In this document: positions 9,579-19,487 of the stretch, piece by piece
Position numbering within the stretch: the first letter of the stretch is position 1
How the letters are laid out: every line of letters begins with the position of its first letter
Origin: Candidatus Cloacimonadales bacterium
GTDB lineage: Bacteria; Cloacimonadota; Cloacimonadia; Cloacimonadales; JAFGVF01
DNA length: 64,000 bases
Assembly (NCBI GenBank): GCA_963677495.2
Contig: CAXXOU010000004.1
Span: forward strand, 416,001 to 480,000
Direction: 5' to 3'
Made by a program: the position numbers and the translations under genes
The notes under the pieces: model-generated
The model's input: the letters and a program-made list of their open reading frames with translations, nothing else
Databases searched by the model: none
Told to the model about the DNA's origin: nothing

Positions 9579-12500
9579 ATGGTAAAACCTAATTGGGATA
9601 ATTTTAAAGCAAAATTTAGTGAAAATCCTCAAAACAATTTCGAATGGTTATGTTACTTGCTATTCTGCAAGGAATTTAATCAAGAACTAGGCATTTTTCG
9701 ATATAAAAATCAATCCAGGATAGAAACTAATCCTATTATAATAGATAACGATGTGATAGGATGGCAAGCAAAATTTTATGAATCTTCTCTTTCAAGACAT
9801 TCTGATGAACTGCTAAAAATTGTTGAAAAAGTAAGAGATGACTATCCTAATATTACTAAGTTATACATTTATAGTAATGAAGAATGGGGGCAAGGGAGGA
9901 AAAAGGGAAGTAAACCAAAAGGTTTAAAAGCGATAGAAAAATTAGCCACAGAAAAGAAAATAAGTATAGTATGGAAGACTGCTAGTTTTTTTGAATCAGA
10001 ATTTGTTACTACAAGTAATGCAGTTATAGTAAAGCACTTCTTTACTTTCGATCGAAGTATTGTTACTCTAATGAATGAATTGAAAGAACATACTGAGTGT
10101 ATTTTAAATCTCATTCAATCAGAGTTTTGCTTAAACGACAAGAAATTTGAGATAAATAGGGATGCGTATGTTGAAGAACTAAACAATGAAGAAAAACCCG
10201 TTTCAATCTTGAGTGGTTCAGGAGGAGTAGGTAAAACGGTAATAGTTAAGAAATTGTATAGGAGACTGAGAAATAATATACCATTTTATGTTTTCAAAGC
10301 TACGGAATTTGAACTAAGTAATATCGATAAAATATTTACGGAATTCAGTTTCTATGAATTTACAGAAGGGCTTCGAGAGCAAAAAGATAAAATAATTGTT
10401 ATTGATTCTGCAGAAAAACTGCTAAACTTAAACAATACTGACCCTTTTAAAGAGTTCTTATCCATTCTTTTGAAAGATAGATGGAGAATAATTTTTACTA
10501 CAAGAAATAACTATTTAGAAGACCTAAACTACCAATTCTTTGAAATCTATAAGATAGCACCAACAAATATCACGATTCAAAAATTAGAATTAGGAGAACT
10601 TTTCGAAATTGCAGAAGTGTATGATTTCTTAATACCTAATGATGAAAAATTGATAGAGTTAATTAGAATTCCATTTTATCTAAACGAATATATTTCATTA
10701 TATGATGATGATTCAAAAGAGTTAAAATATGTCGAATTCAAGAATAGAATATGGAAAAAGAGTATTAAAAAATCACAACCTAACAGAGAAGTTTGTTTTC
10801 TGCAGATTGCATTAGAAAGAGCTAATAGTGGGCAATTCTTTCTTAACCCCGATTGTAATACAAATACTCTAGCAGACTTTACAAAAGATGGTGTATTGGG
10901 TTACGAAGAGGCAGGTTACTTTATTTCTCATGATATCTATGAAGAATGGGCTCTTGAAAGAATAATTGAAAGGGAGTTTAAAATAAAGGATTCAGATTTG
11001 ACTTTCTTTAATAGAATAGGTCACTCTCTCCCAATGAGAAGGAGTTTTAGAAACTGGTTATCAGAGGGATTGCTTTTAAATAGAAACGATATCAGAATCT
11101 TTATTGATGAATTAATTAAGAATCAGGAAGTTGAAGCATTTTGGAAAGATGAAACTTTTGTATCAATTCTTCTGTCAGACCATTCAGAAACATTTTTTGA
11201 TAACTTTCAAGATGAATTGTTAGAAGATGGATGTTTGTTATTAAAAAAGATTACCTTCATTTTGAGAATTGCTTGCAAAGAAGTTGATAACAATTTTTAT
11301 GCACAAATTGGTTTGAAGTATTTCAATCAACTAACTTTAAAACACATTCTAACAAAACCCAAGGGACAAGGTTGGGAAAGCACTATTGAGTTCGCTTATG
11401 TGAATTTGGAATCAATTGGTTTTGGGCAAATTTCTTTCCTAATCCCCATATTGGTTGAATGGAACAGGAAAATAGGAAAAGGAAAAACAACAAGGTTAGC
11501 AGGTCTAATAGCACTCAGGTTTTATCAATGGATTATGGGAAACGATGTCTTGTATTATTACAAAGATAGAGTAAAAGAGTTAATTTCGATTATTCTTCTA
11601 GGTTCTGTAGAGTTGAAATCTGAGTTAGAGCCAATTTTTCAAAGTATAATAGAAAATAAATGGAAGAGTTATGGTGATCCATATTATGGATTTTCACTTA
11701 CAATACTCACAGAAATGATAGGATATACTATAACAAAAGCTATGCCAGAATGTGTTATGAAGCTAGCCTATCTATTTTGGTCTAAAGATGTTCAAGAAGA
11801 CGATAGTTTGTATCATTCTGCCATGGAGAGTGAACATCATTTTGGAATCGAAAAGGTGGGTAATGGATATTCCCCAGCAAGTGCTTTTCAAACCCCTGTT
11901 TACTGGTTGTTAAATACTAGACTAAAAGAGACATTAGATTTTATTCTAGAATTTACTAACAAATCTATAGAAGAATATGCTTCATCCGGATATGATCATA
12001 GTGTTTATCAAGTAGATGTGCATATTGATGATAGTATTAAGATTGAACAATACTCAAGTCATTGTCTTTGGAATATGTATAGAGGTTCGGGCTCACCTGT
12101 TTGCCCTTATCTACTACAATCTATACATATGGCATTGGAGAAGTATTTTTTAAATACTGGCAAGATTAAAGACTCACAAGAGCTTGAGTCTTGGTTAATA
12201 TACCTTTTGAAGAACTCGAAATCCGCTTCTATCACTTCTGTAATTACAAGTGTTGTTTTAGCTTTCCCAGAAAAAACATTTAATGTTGCAAAAATTCTGT
12301 TTAGGACAAGAGATTTTATTAGGGAAGATACACTTAGAATTGTTTTTGAGTCTGACGCAAAATCATTATATTCTTTTAGTAAGGAGCTCGGATTTAAAAA
12401 TACTGAAGTATATGATGATGAAAGGATAAAAACATGTGAAGATAAGCATCGCCAGTTTTGCTTGGAACACATTTTTCTGCAATATCAGTGGTTTAAGAGC

Positions 12501-14300
12501 GAGGAAATCAGTGATGAAGAAGTTAAAGAAAGACAAGAAGAATTATGGCGAATTTTAGATGAATATTATTCTGAATTATCTTCTGAATCTGAACAGACTG
12601 ATGATGATAGAACATGGAGATTGTTTTTAGCTAGAATGGATAGAAGAGGGATGAAGGTTGAAACAGAAGAAACAGATAATGGAATAGCAATACAGTTTAT
12701 TCCTAATGTTACACCTGACATTAAAGAGCAGAGTGACAAAGCGGTAACAAAACACAATGAACAAACAAAGTATTTCTCATTATTAATGTGGTCGAAGCAG
12801 AGATATGATTATAATGAGCAATACAAACAATATAAAAAATATGAAGAGGAACCCAAACTTGCGCTATTTGAAGCAAAAGAGATATATGAAAAAATAGCCA
12901 CTAATAATGAAACTATTATGAATTCAGGAGATGAAGACTTCCTCTTGTTTCATCATTCAATCCCTGCTTATGTTTGTAGTGTGTTATTACGAGAGTTTCT
13001 TGATTTGCTAACAGATGAGGATAAAGCACTGTGTTCAGAGATATTGATGTCTAAAGCGGTGTCAGCTCTAAATCCAAAATATAGCTATCAAATGTCTGAT
13101 GGTGTTCAAGCAGCGATATCTGCATTACCAATTCTTTTTAAAATAGTCCCAGAAGAAAAAGGATCAATAAAATTTGTTTTGTTGATGTGTCTTTTCTTTA
13201 ACCATACAATTGATCAAATAAATAAGTTCAGCATTTTCTCTATCATGGCGATCAAAGAAATGTGGAAGGATAATGCCTTAGATGCTTACTCAATATTTCT
13301 TGGTTACATTTACTTAAGACCTAAGTATGAAGACCTAAGTGAGGGATATCGCTCAGAGAGAAATCACATGATCAATTTTCGCTTTAATGACCGGGCTCCA
13401 GCAAAAGAGTTTATCGAAAACCATGAAGAAGAAATTAATGCGATAATTGATAATACAATTACTCTGAGAAGCTTAGAAGACCTAAGATCTTTAGATGTAA
13501 TTATGTTAGAAATCTTATTCAAAATGATACCTACTAAAATTGATGAATCGGAGCTTAAAGAAATTACCTTGTATGTTGTTAAGACTATATTTCATAATCT
13601 CTTAGATAATGGAGATGATGATAAAGTAAAAAGTATAAAGTATAGCTTTCTTAGGTTTTATGCCAATTTTATATTAAATATACCTGAGACTGAAATAGTG
13701 GACTATTTAGCACCTGTACTAAGCAGCTTCAGACTCTCAGAGTTATTTGCAGATTTGTTAAAAGATATTGTACTTGCTGAAGATAGGCTGAATACATATG
13801 ATAATTTTTGGTTTATTTGGGAAACAGTCCAACCACAATTGATTGAATTAAGTAATAACTCTGACAATTCTTGGTACCGGGATAGCATTATAAAAAGCTA
13901 TCTATTTGCGAATATCCCTTGGAAGGAAACAGCCCAAGACTGGCGTTCATTTAAAGATGAGAACGCTAATTTCTTTGCAGAGATTTCAGAAGAAATTGGA
14001 CACTGCCCCTCAGTTTTGTATGCTATATCGAAATTGTTAAATGATATTGGGAGCCCATATTTAGATAAAGGTGTATTTTGGATTAATACGATTCTTAGAA
14101 ATAACCCAGGTTACAGTGATAAGAAGTTAGAAGTAAATACGATTTATTATATAGAGAATGCTATGCGTAAGTATGTGTTTAAACATAAAGAGGAGATCAA
14201 AAAGAAAAAGATTCTCAGAAACAAGCTTATACTGATAATGAATTTTCTGGTTAGTCAGAATTCAGAAATCGGTTATATGCTAAGAGAATCCATAATTTAG
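9579..14300 (+). CDS. avs4: AVAST type 4 antiphage STAND NTPase with N-terminal Mrr-like nuclease
   Basis: N-terminus MVKPNWDNFKAKFSENPQNNFEW resembles Avs4 as I recall it; GWQAKFY nuclease motif, Walker A GSGGVGKT, Walker B IIVIDSAE, long helical C-terminus; ATG at 9579 with GGAG RBS. Confidence 0.88.
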   Translation: MVKPNWDNFKAKFSENPQNNFEWLCYLLFCKEFNQELGIFRYKNQSRIETNPIIIDNDVIGWQAKFYESSLSRHSDELLKIVEKVRDDYPNITKLYIYSNEEWGQGRKKGSKPKGLKAIEKLATEKKISIVWKTASFFESEFVTTSNAVIVKHFFTFDRSIVTLMNELKEHTECILNLIQSEFCLNDKKFEINRDAYVEELNNEEKPVSILSGSGGVGKTVIVKKLYRRLRNNIPFYVFKATEFELSNIDKIFTEFSFYEFTEGLREQKDKIIVIDSAEKLLNLNNTDPFKEFLSILLKDRWRIIFTTRNNYLEDLNYQFFEIYKIAPTNITIQKLELGELFEIAEVYDFLIPNDEKLIELIRIPFYLNEYISLYDDDSKELKYVEFKNRIWKKSIKKSQPNREVCFLQIALERANSGQFFLNPDCNTNTLADFTKDGVLGYEEAGYFISHDIYEEWALERIIEREFKIKDSDLTFFNRIGHSLPMRRSFRNWLSEGLLLNRNDIRIFIDELIKNQEVEAFWKDETFVSILLSDHSETFFDNFQDELLEDGCLLLKKITFILRIACKEVDNNFYAQIGLKYFNQLTLKHILTKPKGQGWESTIEFAYVNLESIGFGQISFLIPILVEWNRKIGKGKTTRLAGLIALRFYQWIMGNDVLYYYKDRVKELISIILLGSVELKSELEPIFQSIIENKWKSYGDPYYGFSLTILTEMIGYTITKAMPECVMKLAYLFWSKDVQEDDSLYHSAMESEHHFGIEKVGNGYSPASAFQTPVYWLLNTRLKETLDFILEFTNKSIEEYASSGYDHSVYQVDVHIDDSIKIEQYSSHCLWNMYRGSGSPVCPYLLQSIHMALEKYFLNTGKIKDSQELESWLIYLLKNSKSASITSVITSVVLAFPEKTFNVAKILFRTRDFIREDTLRIVFESDAKSLYSFSKELGFKNTEVYDDERIKTCEDKHRQFCLEHIFLQYQWFKSEEISDEEVKERQEELWRILDEYYSELSSESEQTDDDRTWRLFLARMDRRGMKVETEETDNGIAIQFIPNVTPDIKEQSDKAVTKHNEQTKYFSLLMWSKQRYDYNEQYKQYKKYEEEPKLALFEAKEIYEKIATNNETIMNSGDEDFLLFHHSIPAYVCSVLLREFLDLLTDEDKALCSEILMSKAVSALNPKYSYQMSDGVQAAISALPILFKIVPEEKGSIKFVLLMCLFFNHTIDQINKFSIFSIMAIKEMWKDNALDAYSIFLGYIYLRPKYEDLSEGYRSERNHMINFRFNDRAPAKEFIENHEEEINAIIDNTITLRSLEDLRSLDVIMLEILFKMIPTKIDESELKEITLYVVKTIFHNLLDNGDDDKVKSIKYSFLRFYANFILNIPETEIVDYLAPVLSSFRLSELFADLLKDIVLAEDRLNTYDNFWFIWETVQPQLIELSNNSDNSWYRDSIIKSYLFANIPWKETAQDWRSFKDENANFFAEISEEIGHCPSVLYAISKLLNDIGSPYLDKGVFWINTILRNNPGYSDKKLEVNTIYYIENAMRKYVFKHKEEIKKKKILRNKLILIMNFLVSQNSEIGYMLRESII

Positions 14301-14556
14301 ACATATCATCTTTTACCTCCTCATTATGAGTTTTTCTTATTTGGCAAATTATCTAACATTAAACAAAGAATACAGCAAAAAAAAAACAATATACAGCAGA
14401 AAGGGTTATTTCGTAGAGGTGGTTTTCATTCTTACGTCTCTTTTCTTCTTCGTAATAGCTAGAGAAAAGCTTAAGGGTCATTACTTTGAAAAAACAAAAC
14501 CCCACGCAACAATGTCGCATGGGGCTATTAAACTTATGCTCCTGTAGAGCTGAAGA

Positions 14557-14598
14557 GTGCCGGCAGGATGCCAGCGTACCCGGTTAGTATCGCAGTAC
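14557..14598 (-). repeat. REP-like hairpin directly after the stop of the surface-protein gene
   Basis: Minus strand GTACTGCGA...GGGTACGCTGGCATCCTGCCGGCAC; related to 37150-37176 and 37450-37460. Confidence 0.6.
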
Positions 14599-14602
14599 TA
14601 AT

Positions 14603-17600
14603 CTATTCCATATCACTCACAACAATCTTAAAGAAAAGCTTGTTAGGAGCTGATATGTTTATGTTGATATGATTATTCATTGTTGTACTATGATAAGTAC
14701 TCTCTTCACATATGAAGTCAGGGTTGTCAGATGAATAGACATTATACCAAACTCCATTGAGCTCAGGATAAGAATTGCCCTGATATGTTCCTTGTGTGAC
14801 TTCATCCCAGTTTAGTGTTACTGAGTTTGTTCGTGTATCATTAACAGCAATTCTGACGTTTGTAGCTTCATCAGGAGCAATATTATCTAATGAGTAACCT
14901 GACATCTCATCTGAGCAGTAGTACACAAATGGGGAAGTAGTATGAGCAGAAACGAAGAAAGTAGAAGGATTATCTTCTGTTGCAGATGAATCCCGGTAAG
15001 TCGTAGCTGTCATTGTGTATTGATCCCATCCCATAGCATAAGTCGCACCTACCGATATCCATAGATCGTTATCTCTGCTAAGAAGAACTTGATTATGTCT
15101 ATCAAGTGAGTTACTGCTTCTTAACTGAATAGTATTGGCTGCTCTTGCTTCTTCAATAGAGGTAGTAACACGTAGTCCTCTGGTTGCGAATGGATATTTA
15201 ATCCACAAGTTATAACTTACAATTGGGTCAGAGCTACCGGGTTCATCAAAGCTACTCTTTTCCCAGCACACATTTATGCGTCGACCTTGGTCATTTGGTA
15301 CATCATAGATAGTCGCTATTTTAGGAGCTTGATTACCATTAGCAAACTCAGGATAAGAATTACTATGAATAATCCAGATATTATCGCTTCCATTAGCTGT
15401 CTCATCGACAAAATCCCATCCGGCATTAAGATATGTACTCTCTGTTTGCATGTTTGCAGTTGTGAGTCCTGCTCCTCCTGAACTGATATTTTGCTGTGAT
15501 GTATCTGTATCCCAGAAACAACCTGTAACAGAACTTGATGATGATGTTAAACCAATTAAACCACCGACACTATTAGTCCCTTGCACTAAACCGGTAGAAT
15601 AGCAGTTAGTAACTTGGGAGCTAAGTGAGTTCTTACCAATCAGACCACCAACGTATGTATCGCCATTAACATTACAAGAACTAAAACAATCTGAGATACT
15701 TGAACTATCAAAGTTCTCACCGACAAGTCCACCAACATAGTTATCACTTGCAGTTACAGATCCACTTGAAGAACACTCAGTTATGCTTGATTCAAGACTC
15801 TTACCAACTAAAGCTGCTACAAATCCGTTACCGGATATTGTAACGTTTTCTAATGTTAGAGATGTAATAACTGCTGATTGAGTGAAACCAAACAGCCCAA
15901 TATAATCATCATCCTGACGTGAAATGTAAAGATTGCTTATAGAATAGTCATCACCATCATACTGACCTGTGAAGCTTAAACTGTTTTGGCCAATGGGACT
16001 GAAACCTTCTCCTGAATTCCAGTTCTGTGTATCGCTTGCATCAATATCGGTTGTCTGCACAAAATATGCATCCCAATAACTATGATTCTCACTAATAAAT
16101 CTTAACTCATCTAAGTTTGCTATTTGATATGGGTCTTGCTCTGTACCTGAACCTGATAGCTCAATATCTTCAGATACTGTTATGTAGTCTATTTGAGTAT
16201 GTACATCAGTTCCATGTTCATTAATAGCAGTTAGACTTACACTATAAGTCCCCGGTTCTGAATATGAATGGGAACAGTTTTCTGTAGTATAATCCACAAC
16301 TCCATCACCATCAATATCCCATTGCCATTGACAATTAGCATTACCGGTATGGGAAGTATTACTGAAGTTAACAATTTGGCTTAAACTAGGATTTGAAATA
16401 TCAGCATTGAAGTTAGCTACCGGAGCAGTTTCCTGCCAAGCGAGTCTTGGATAATCATTTTCAATGAAAACCCAATAGTCATCAGTTCCATTAGTATCTT
16501 CTCCATAGAAATCCCACCCTGCATTTGTGAAGGAACTGAGTGTCTGCATTTCTGAAGTTGTAAGTTCTGTTGCAGGGCTGTGATTGGAATAATAAGTTAT
16601 ATCTCCATCAAAAAAACAGTTGTATATGAGGTTTGTGCTACCACTGCCGGCAAAGGGTTCAACATTGTCCCAGCCGTCCACTGTTGCCGCATTGTAGCAA
16701 TTTGTAATTGTTGCACCAGTTCTATTGAGCAAAACAAAACCACCAACATCTTCACCAGATATAGACTTAGTATTGTAACAGTTATCGATTGTCGAATTTT
16801 CCTCATTTATTACAACAAATCCAGCTCCATCAGTTGGGTGTACATCATCTCCGGTAGTGTAACAGTTAGAAATGGATGAACCTGAACTATTTATACCGAC
16901 AAATCCTGAACATTCCTCAGCACTGGAAGTTTGCATAGTACAGTAGCTGTATGTGATTGAAGAAGCATTATTGTTTTTACCTACTAATCCTCCAACAAGC
17001 CATCCATGGGTATATCCTGAATAGCCATAACAATAAGTTATTGAAGAGCCATTGTCGTTAACTCCGACTAAACCTCCAGTAAAATCACGACCATAAACAT
17101 CACCTGAGATATGACAGTTGTTGATAATTGTATTGGAACAATAGCCCACTAAACCACCAGTGTTTTCTCCACCTGTGATATCGACATTAGTTAGTCCAAT
17201 ATTTGATATCTCAGCTCCGCTTACATAACCAAAAAGTCCTATGTTATCACGAACAGTTGTGTTATATCCGAATTCAATATATAGGCTATCGATTATATAT
17301 TCTTGTCCATCGTATGTTCCGGTAAAATTGACAATATCATTACCAATAGGTGAGAATCCGGTACCATTATTTAGTGATGAAGTTGAAGCTGCATTGATAT
17401 CTGCTGTTTGAATGTAGTGCTTATCCCAAAATGTACTGTCAGAACTTACGAAAACCAAAGCATCAAGCGACGAAATCCGGTATGGATTCCCAATGGTTCC
17501 TTCACCTAACATAGGTGTTTCGAATGTCATTTCATCACCATACCCTATCCCCACATCATTAGCTGCATAAGCTCTATAATAGTATGTTGTTAGAGGTTCT

Positions 17601-18817
17601 AAACCATATATCTCTGAAGAGAATACTCCAATCCCTGAACCATCATTGGTGTACGTATCAGTTATAACGGGATTAGGATCAGTGCTCCAACAGACACCTC
17701 TTTGTGTAACCTGGAGACTACTATAAGTTATCTCTCCACCTGAAGTTGCTGAAGACCCGGTTATATTATCTGCAATTGTTGTCGACAATACAGGAGGAGT
17801 AGCGCTCATAGTTGTGAAAGAATATTCTTCTCCATAGACAGTATTGTGAGAGTTGGATGTATATGCTCTATAAAAGTATTCAGTTTCCGGTAGTAAGCCT
17901 GTTAGATTGGAAGTATATTCTCCATATCCAGAACCTTCGTCAGTAGAAAAGTCATCAATTGTAGGGTTAGGACTTGTACTCCAACAGACACCTCTACTAA
18001 CAATAGCATCTGTGTTATGAACATTATTACCTCCTGCGATAGCACTTGCCTCTCCAATTGCTGATGCAACTGTAGTCGAAACTATCGGTACTAATGGAAT
18101 AGATGATGCTACTCTTGCACTGTCATTCATGTTGTTAAGTACCATATCATCAGTACCAACAAGGTCTTGTACAGTGGACCCTGTAGATTCATTGAATTGA
18201 TAATAGTTTGTAAGGCCGATTTCAGAGCCATCTAATGTTGAATACATATTATCTGCAATTTCAGCTTCTGTACGAATTACATCCCAGAATCTTAACTCAT
18301 CGTAAACACAATTACCGGGGTCATTCAAGTTGTTTCCACCGGCTAAATAAAACTCAGATCCGGAACCAGACCAGGTAGAATTGTCACTAGCACGAAGAAC
18401 TCCATCAACATATAAAGAATAACTAGCTGTATGACTTAAAACTCTATCCCATGTTACTGCAATATGATACCAATGCTCTGCTCCACTGAGGGTATTTAAA
18501 TCAAACCTAACATCTCCATTATACATCCGGACTCTTAATTCTCCATTATCATATATCCACATCTCCCATATATTGCCACCTGAATTGGTGTCAAAGATTG
18601 TGTTATAATTATAGAATGAGTTTGGGTAAACCCATAATTCAATTGTCCCGGAATCAGGCAGAGACTTGTTTATTGTGGCATAATCATTAAATCCATCAAC
18701 TTCTAAGGCATTCCCTGCAAAGTCATCAATTGAAAATATGGTAGTTACAGACATGAACAGTATTGCGATTAGCAAAACACTTTTAAATCCAAAAAAACAG
18801 TTCTTAAAATCAAACAT
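14603..18817 (-). CDS. Large secreted/surface protein with LamG, Fn3-like, GLUG-repeat beta-helix and PKD domains
   Basis: Signal peptide; WYHIAVTW..LYVDG (LamG); two RGVCWST.PNP / YYRAY repeats; VGGLVG GLUG repeats; WDIDGDG...HSYSEPGTYSVSL PKD. Confidence 0.8.
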   Translation of the reverse strand: MFDFKNCFFGFKSVLLIAILFMSVTTIFSIDDFAGNALEVDGFNDYATINKSLPDSGTIELWVYPNSFYNYNTIFDTNSGGNIWEMWIYDNGELRVRMYNGDVRFDLNTLSGAEHWYHIAVTWDRVLSHTASYSLYVDGVLRASDNSTWSGSGSEFYLAGGNNLNDPGNCVYDELRFWDVIRTEAEIADNMYSTLDGSEIGLTNYYQFNESTGSTVQDLVGTDDMVLNNMNDSARVASSIPLVPIVSTTVASAIGEASAIAGGNNVHNTDAIVSRGVCWSTSPNPTIDDFSTDEGSGYGEYTSNLTGLLPETEYFYRAYTSNSHNTVYGEEYSFTTMSATPPVLSTTIADNITGSSATSGGEITYSSLQVTQRGVCWSTDPNPVITDTYTNDGSGIGVFSSEIYGLEPLTTYYYRAYAANDVGIGYGDEMTFETPMLGEGTIGNPYRISSLDALVFVSSDSTFWDKHYIQTADINAASTSSLNNGTGFSPIGNDIVNFTGTYDGQEYIIDSLYIEFGYNTTVRDNIGLFGYVSGAEISNIGLTNVDITGGENTGGLVGYCSNTIINNCHISGDVYGRDFTGGLVGVNDNGSSITYCYGYSGYTHGWLVGGLVGKNNNASSITYSYCTMQTSSAEECSGFVGINSSGSSISNCYTTGDDVHPTDGAGFVVINEENSTIDNCYNTKSISGEDVGGFVLLNRTGATITNCYNAATVDGWDNVEPFAGSGSTNLIYNCFFDGDITYYSNHSPATELTTSEMQTLSSFTNAGWDFYGEDTNGTDDYWVFIENDYPRLAWQETAPVANFNADISNPSLSQIVNFSNTSHTGNANCQWQWDIDGDGVVDYTTENCSHSYSEPGTYSVSLTAINEHGTDVHTQIDYITVSEDIELSGSGTEQDPYQIANLDELRFISENHSYWDAYFVQTTDIDASDTQNWNSGEGFSPIGQNSLSFTGQYDGDDYSISNLYISRQDDDYIGLFGFTQSAVITSLTLENVTISGNGFVAALVGKSLESSITECSSSGSVTASDNYVGGLVGENFDSSSISDCFSSCNVNGDTYVGGLIGKNSLSSQVTNCYSTGLVQGTNSVGGLIGLTSSSSSVTGCFWDTDTSQQNISSGGAGLTTANMQTESTYLNAGWDFVDETANGSDNIWIIHSNSYPEFANGNQAPKIATIYDVPNDQGRRINVCWEKSSFDEPGSSDPIVSYNLWIKYPFATRGLRVTTSIEEARAANTIQLRSSNSLDRHNQVLLSRDNDLWISVGATYAMGWDQYTMTATTYRDSSATEDNPSTFFVSAHTTSPFVYYCSDEMSGYSLDNIAPDEATNVRIAVNDTRTNSVTLNWDEVTQGTYQGNSYPELNGVWYNVYSSDNPDFICEESTYHSTTMNNHININISAPNKLFFKIVVSDME

Positions 18818-18970
18818 AAATAACTCCTCAGTTCTCAGACCCTCAATCTTCTATAGCTGTTTAGACGGCATATATAGAAAAGTTAGGGAGTTTATTGTAA
18901 ATAATTGAGAAGTTAATAATTGTATATGTATATGTCAAGGAAAGATTTCTTCATAAGAATAGGGTTAGTT

Positions 18971-19312
18971 TATGGAGTTAACTGACTATTTCGGTTTGTC
19001 TTGAAACAGATAACTTAGTGGTTAGTATTAGTTCCATAATTCCATAACTTCCAATCTACACCCAATCCAATTCCCGTTATCATTAACGTGTTTCTAACTG
19101 GAAGCTAACGGGTAACAGATAAGTAGTAAGAAGATGTATTGAAAACGAATCATGGGCTTGGCGCGCAGACATCTTTGTCCGTGTATTGTCCTGAAAAAAA
19201 GCCACAGATTTCTCGGATTATCTCAGGCAAGAGTATTTCGACATTGCATGTCGAATTCGTAGGACACGCTGCCAGCTTGTCCACTTAGCGGAGCTAAGTA
19301 GCTCCACTGACG
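18971..19312. repeat. Mosaic of a REP-like module, an 11-nt-period array and GTA(G/T)-initiated hairpins
   Basis: TATGGAGTTAACTGAC..TCGGTTTGTC at 18971; CCAATC at 19051/19062, TAAC at 19084/19095/19106; GTATTTCGACATTGCATGTCGAA at 19233; GTAGGACACGCTGCCAGCTTGTCC at 19259. Confidence 0.65.
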
Positions 19313-19487
19313 GTAACTGGTGTTAATTGGTTAAGTTCTTTGGAGAACATTATCAGGTTCTGGTGACAGCTACGAATGCACCGTTGCTGCATTCCATATA
19401 GAAAAAAGTAAATATATTGACATGAATTCATACTTCGTTGATAAATAGATATTAGAATTAAATATAACAGGTGCATAAGGTTGTCTG

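Noticed and set aside
14326..14547. 73-aa ORF after avs4 as a partner gene
   Set aside because: No RBS, low complexity, and it runs through a terminator-like hairpin
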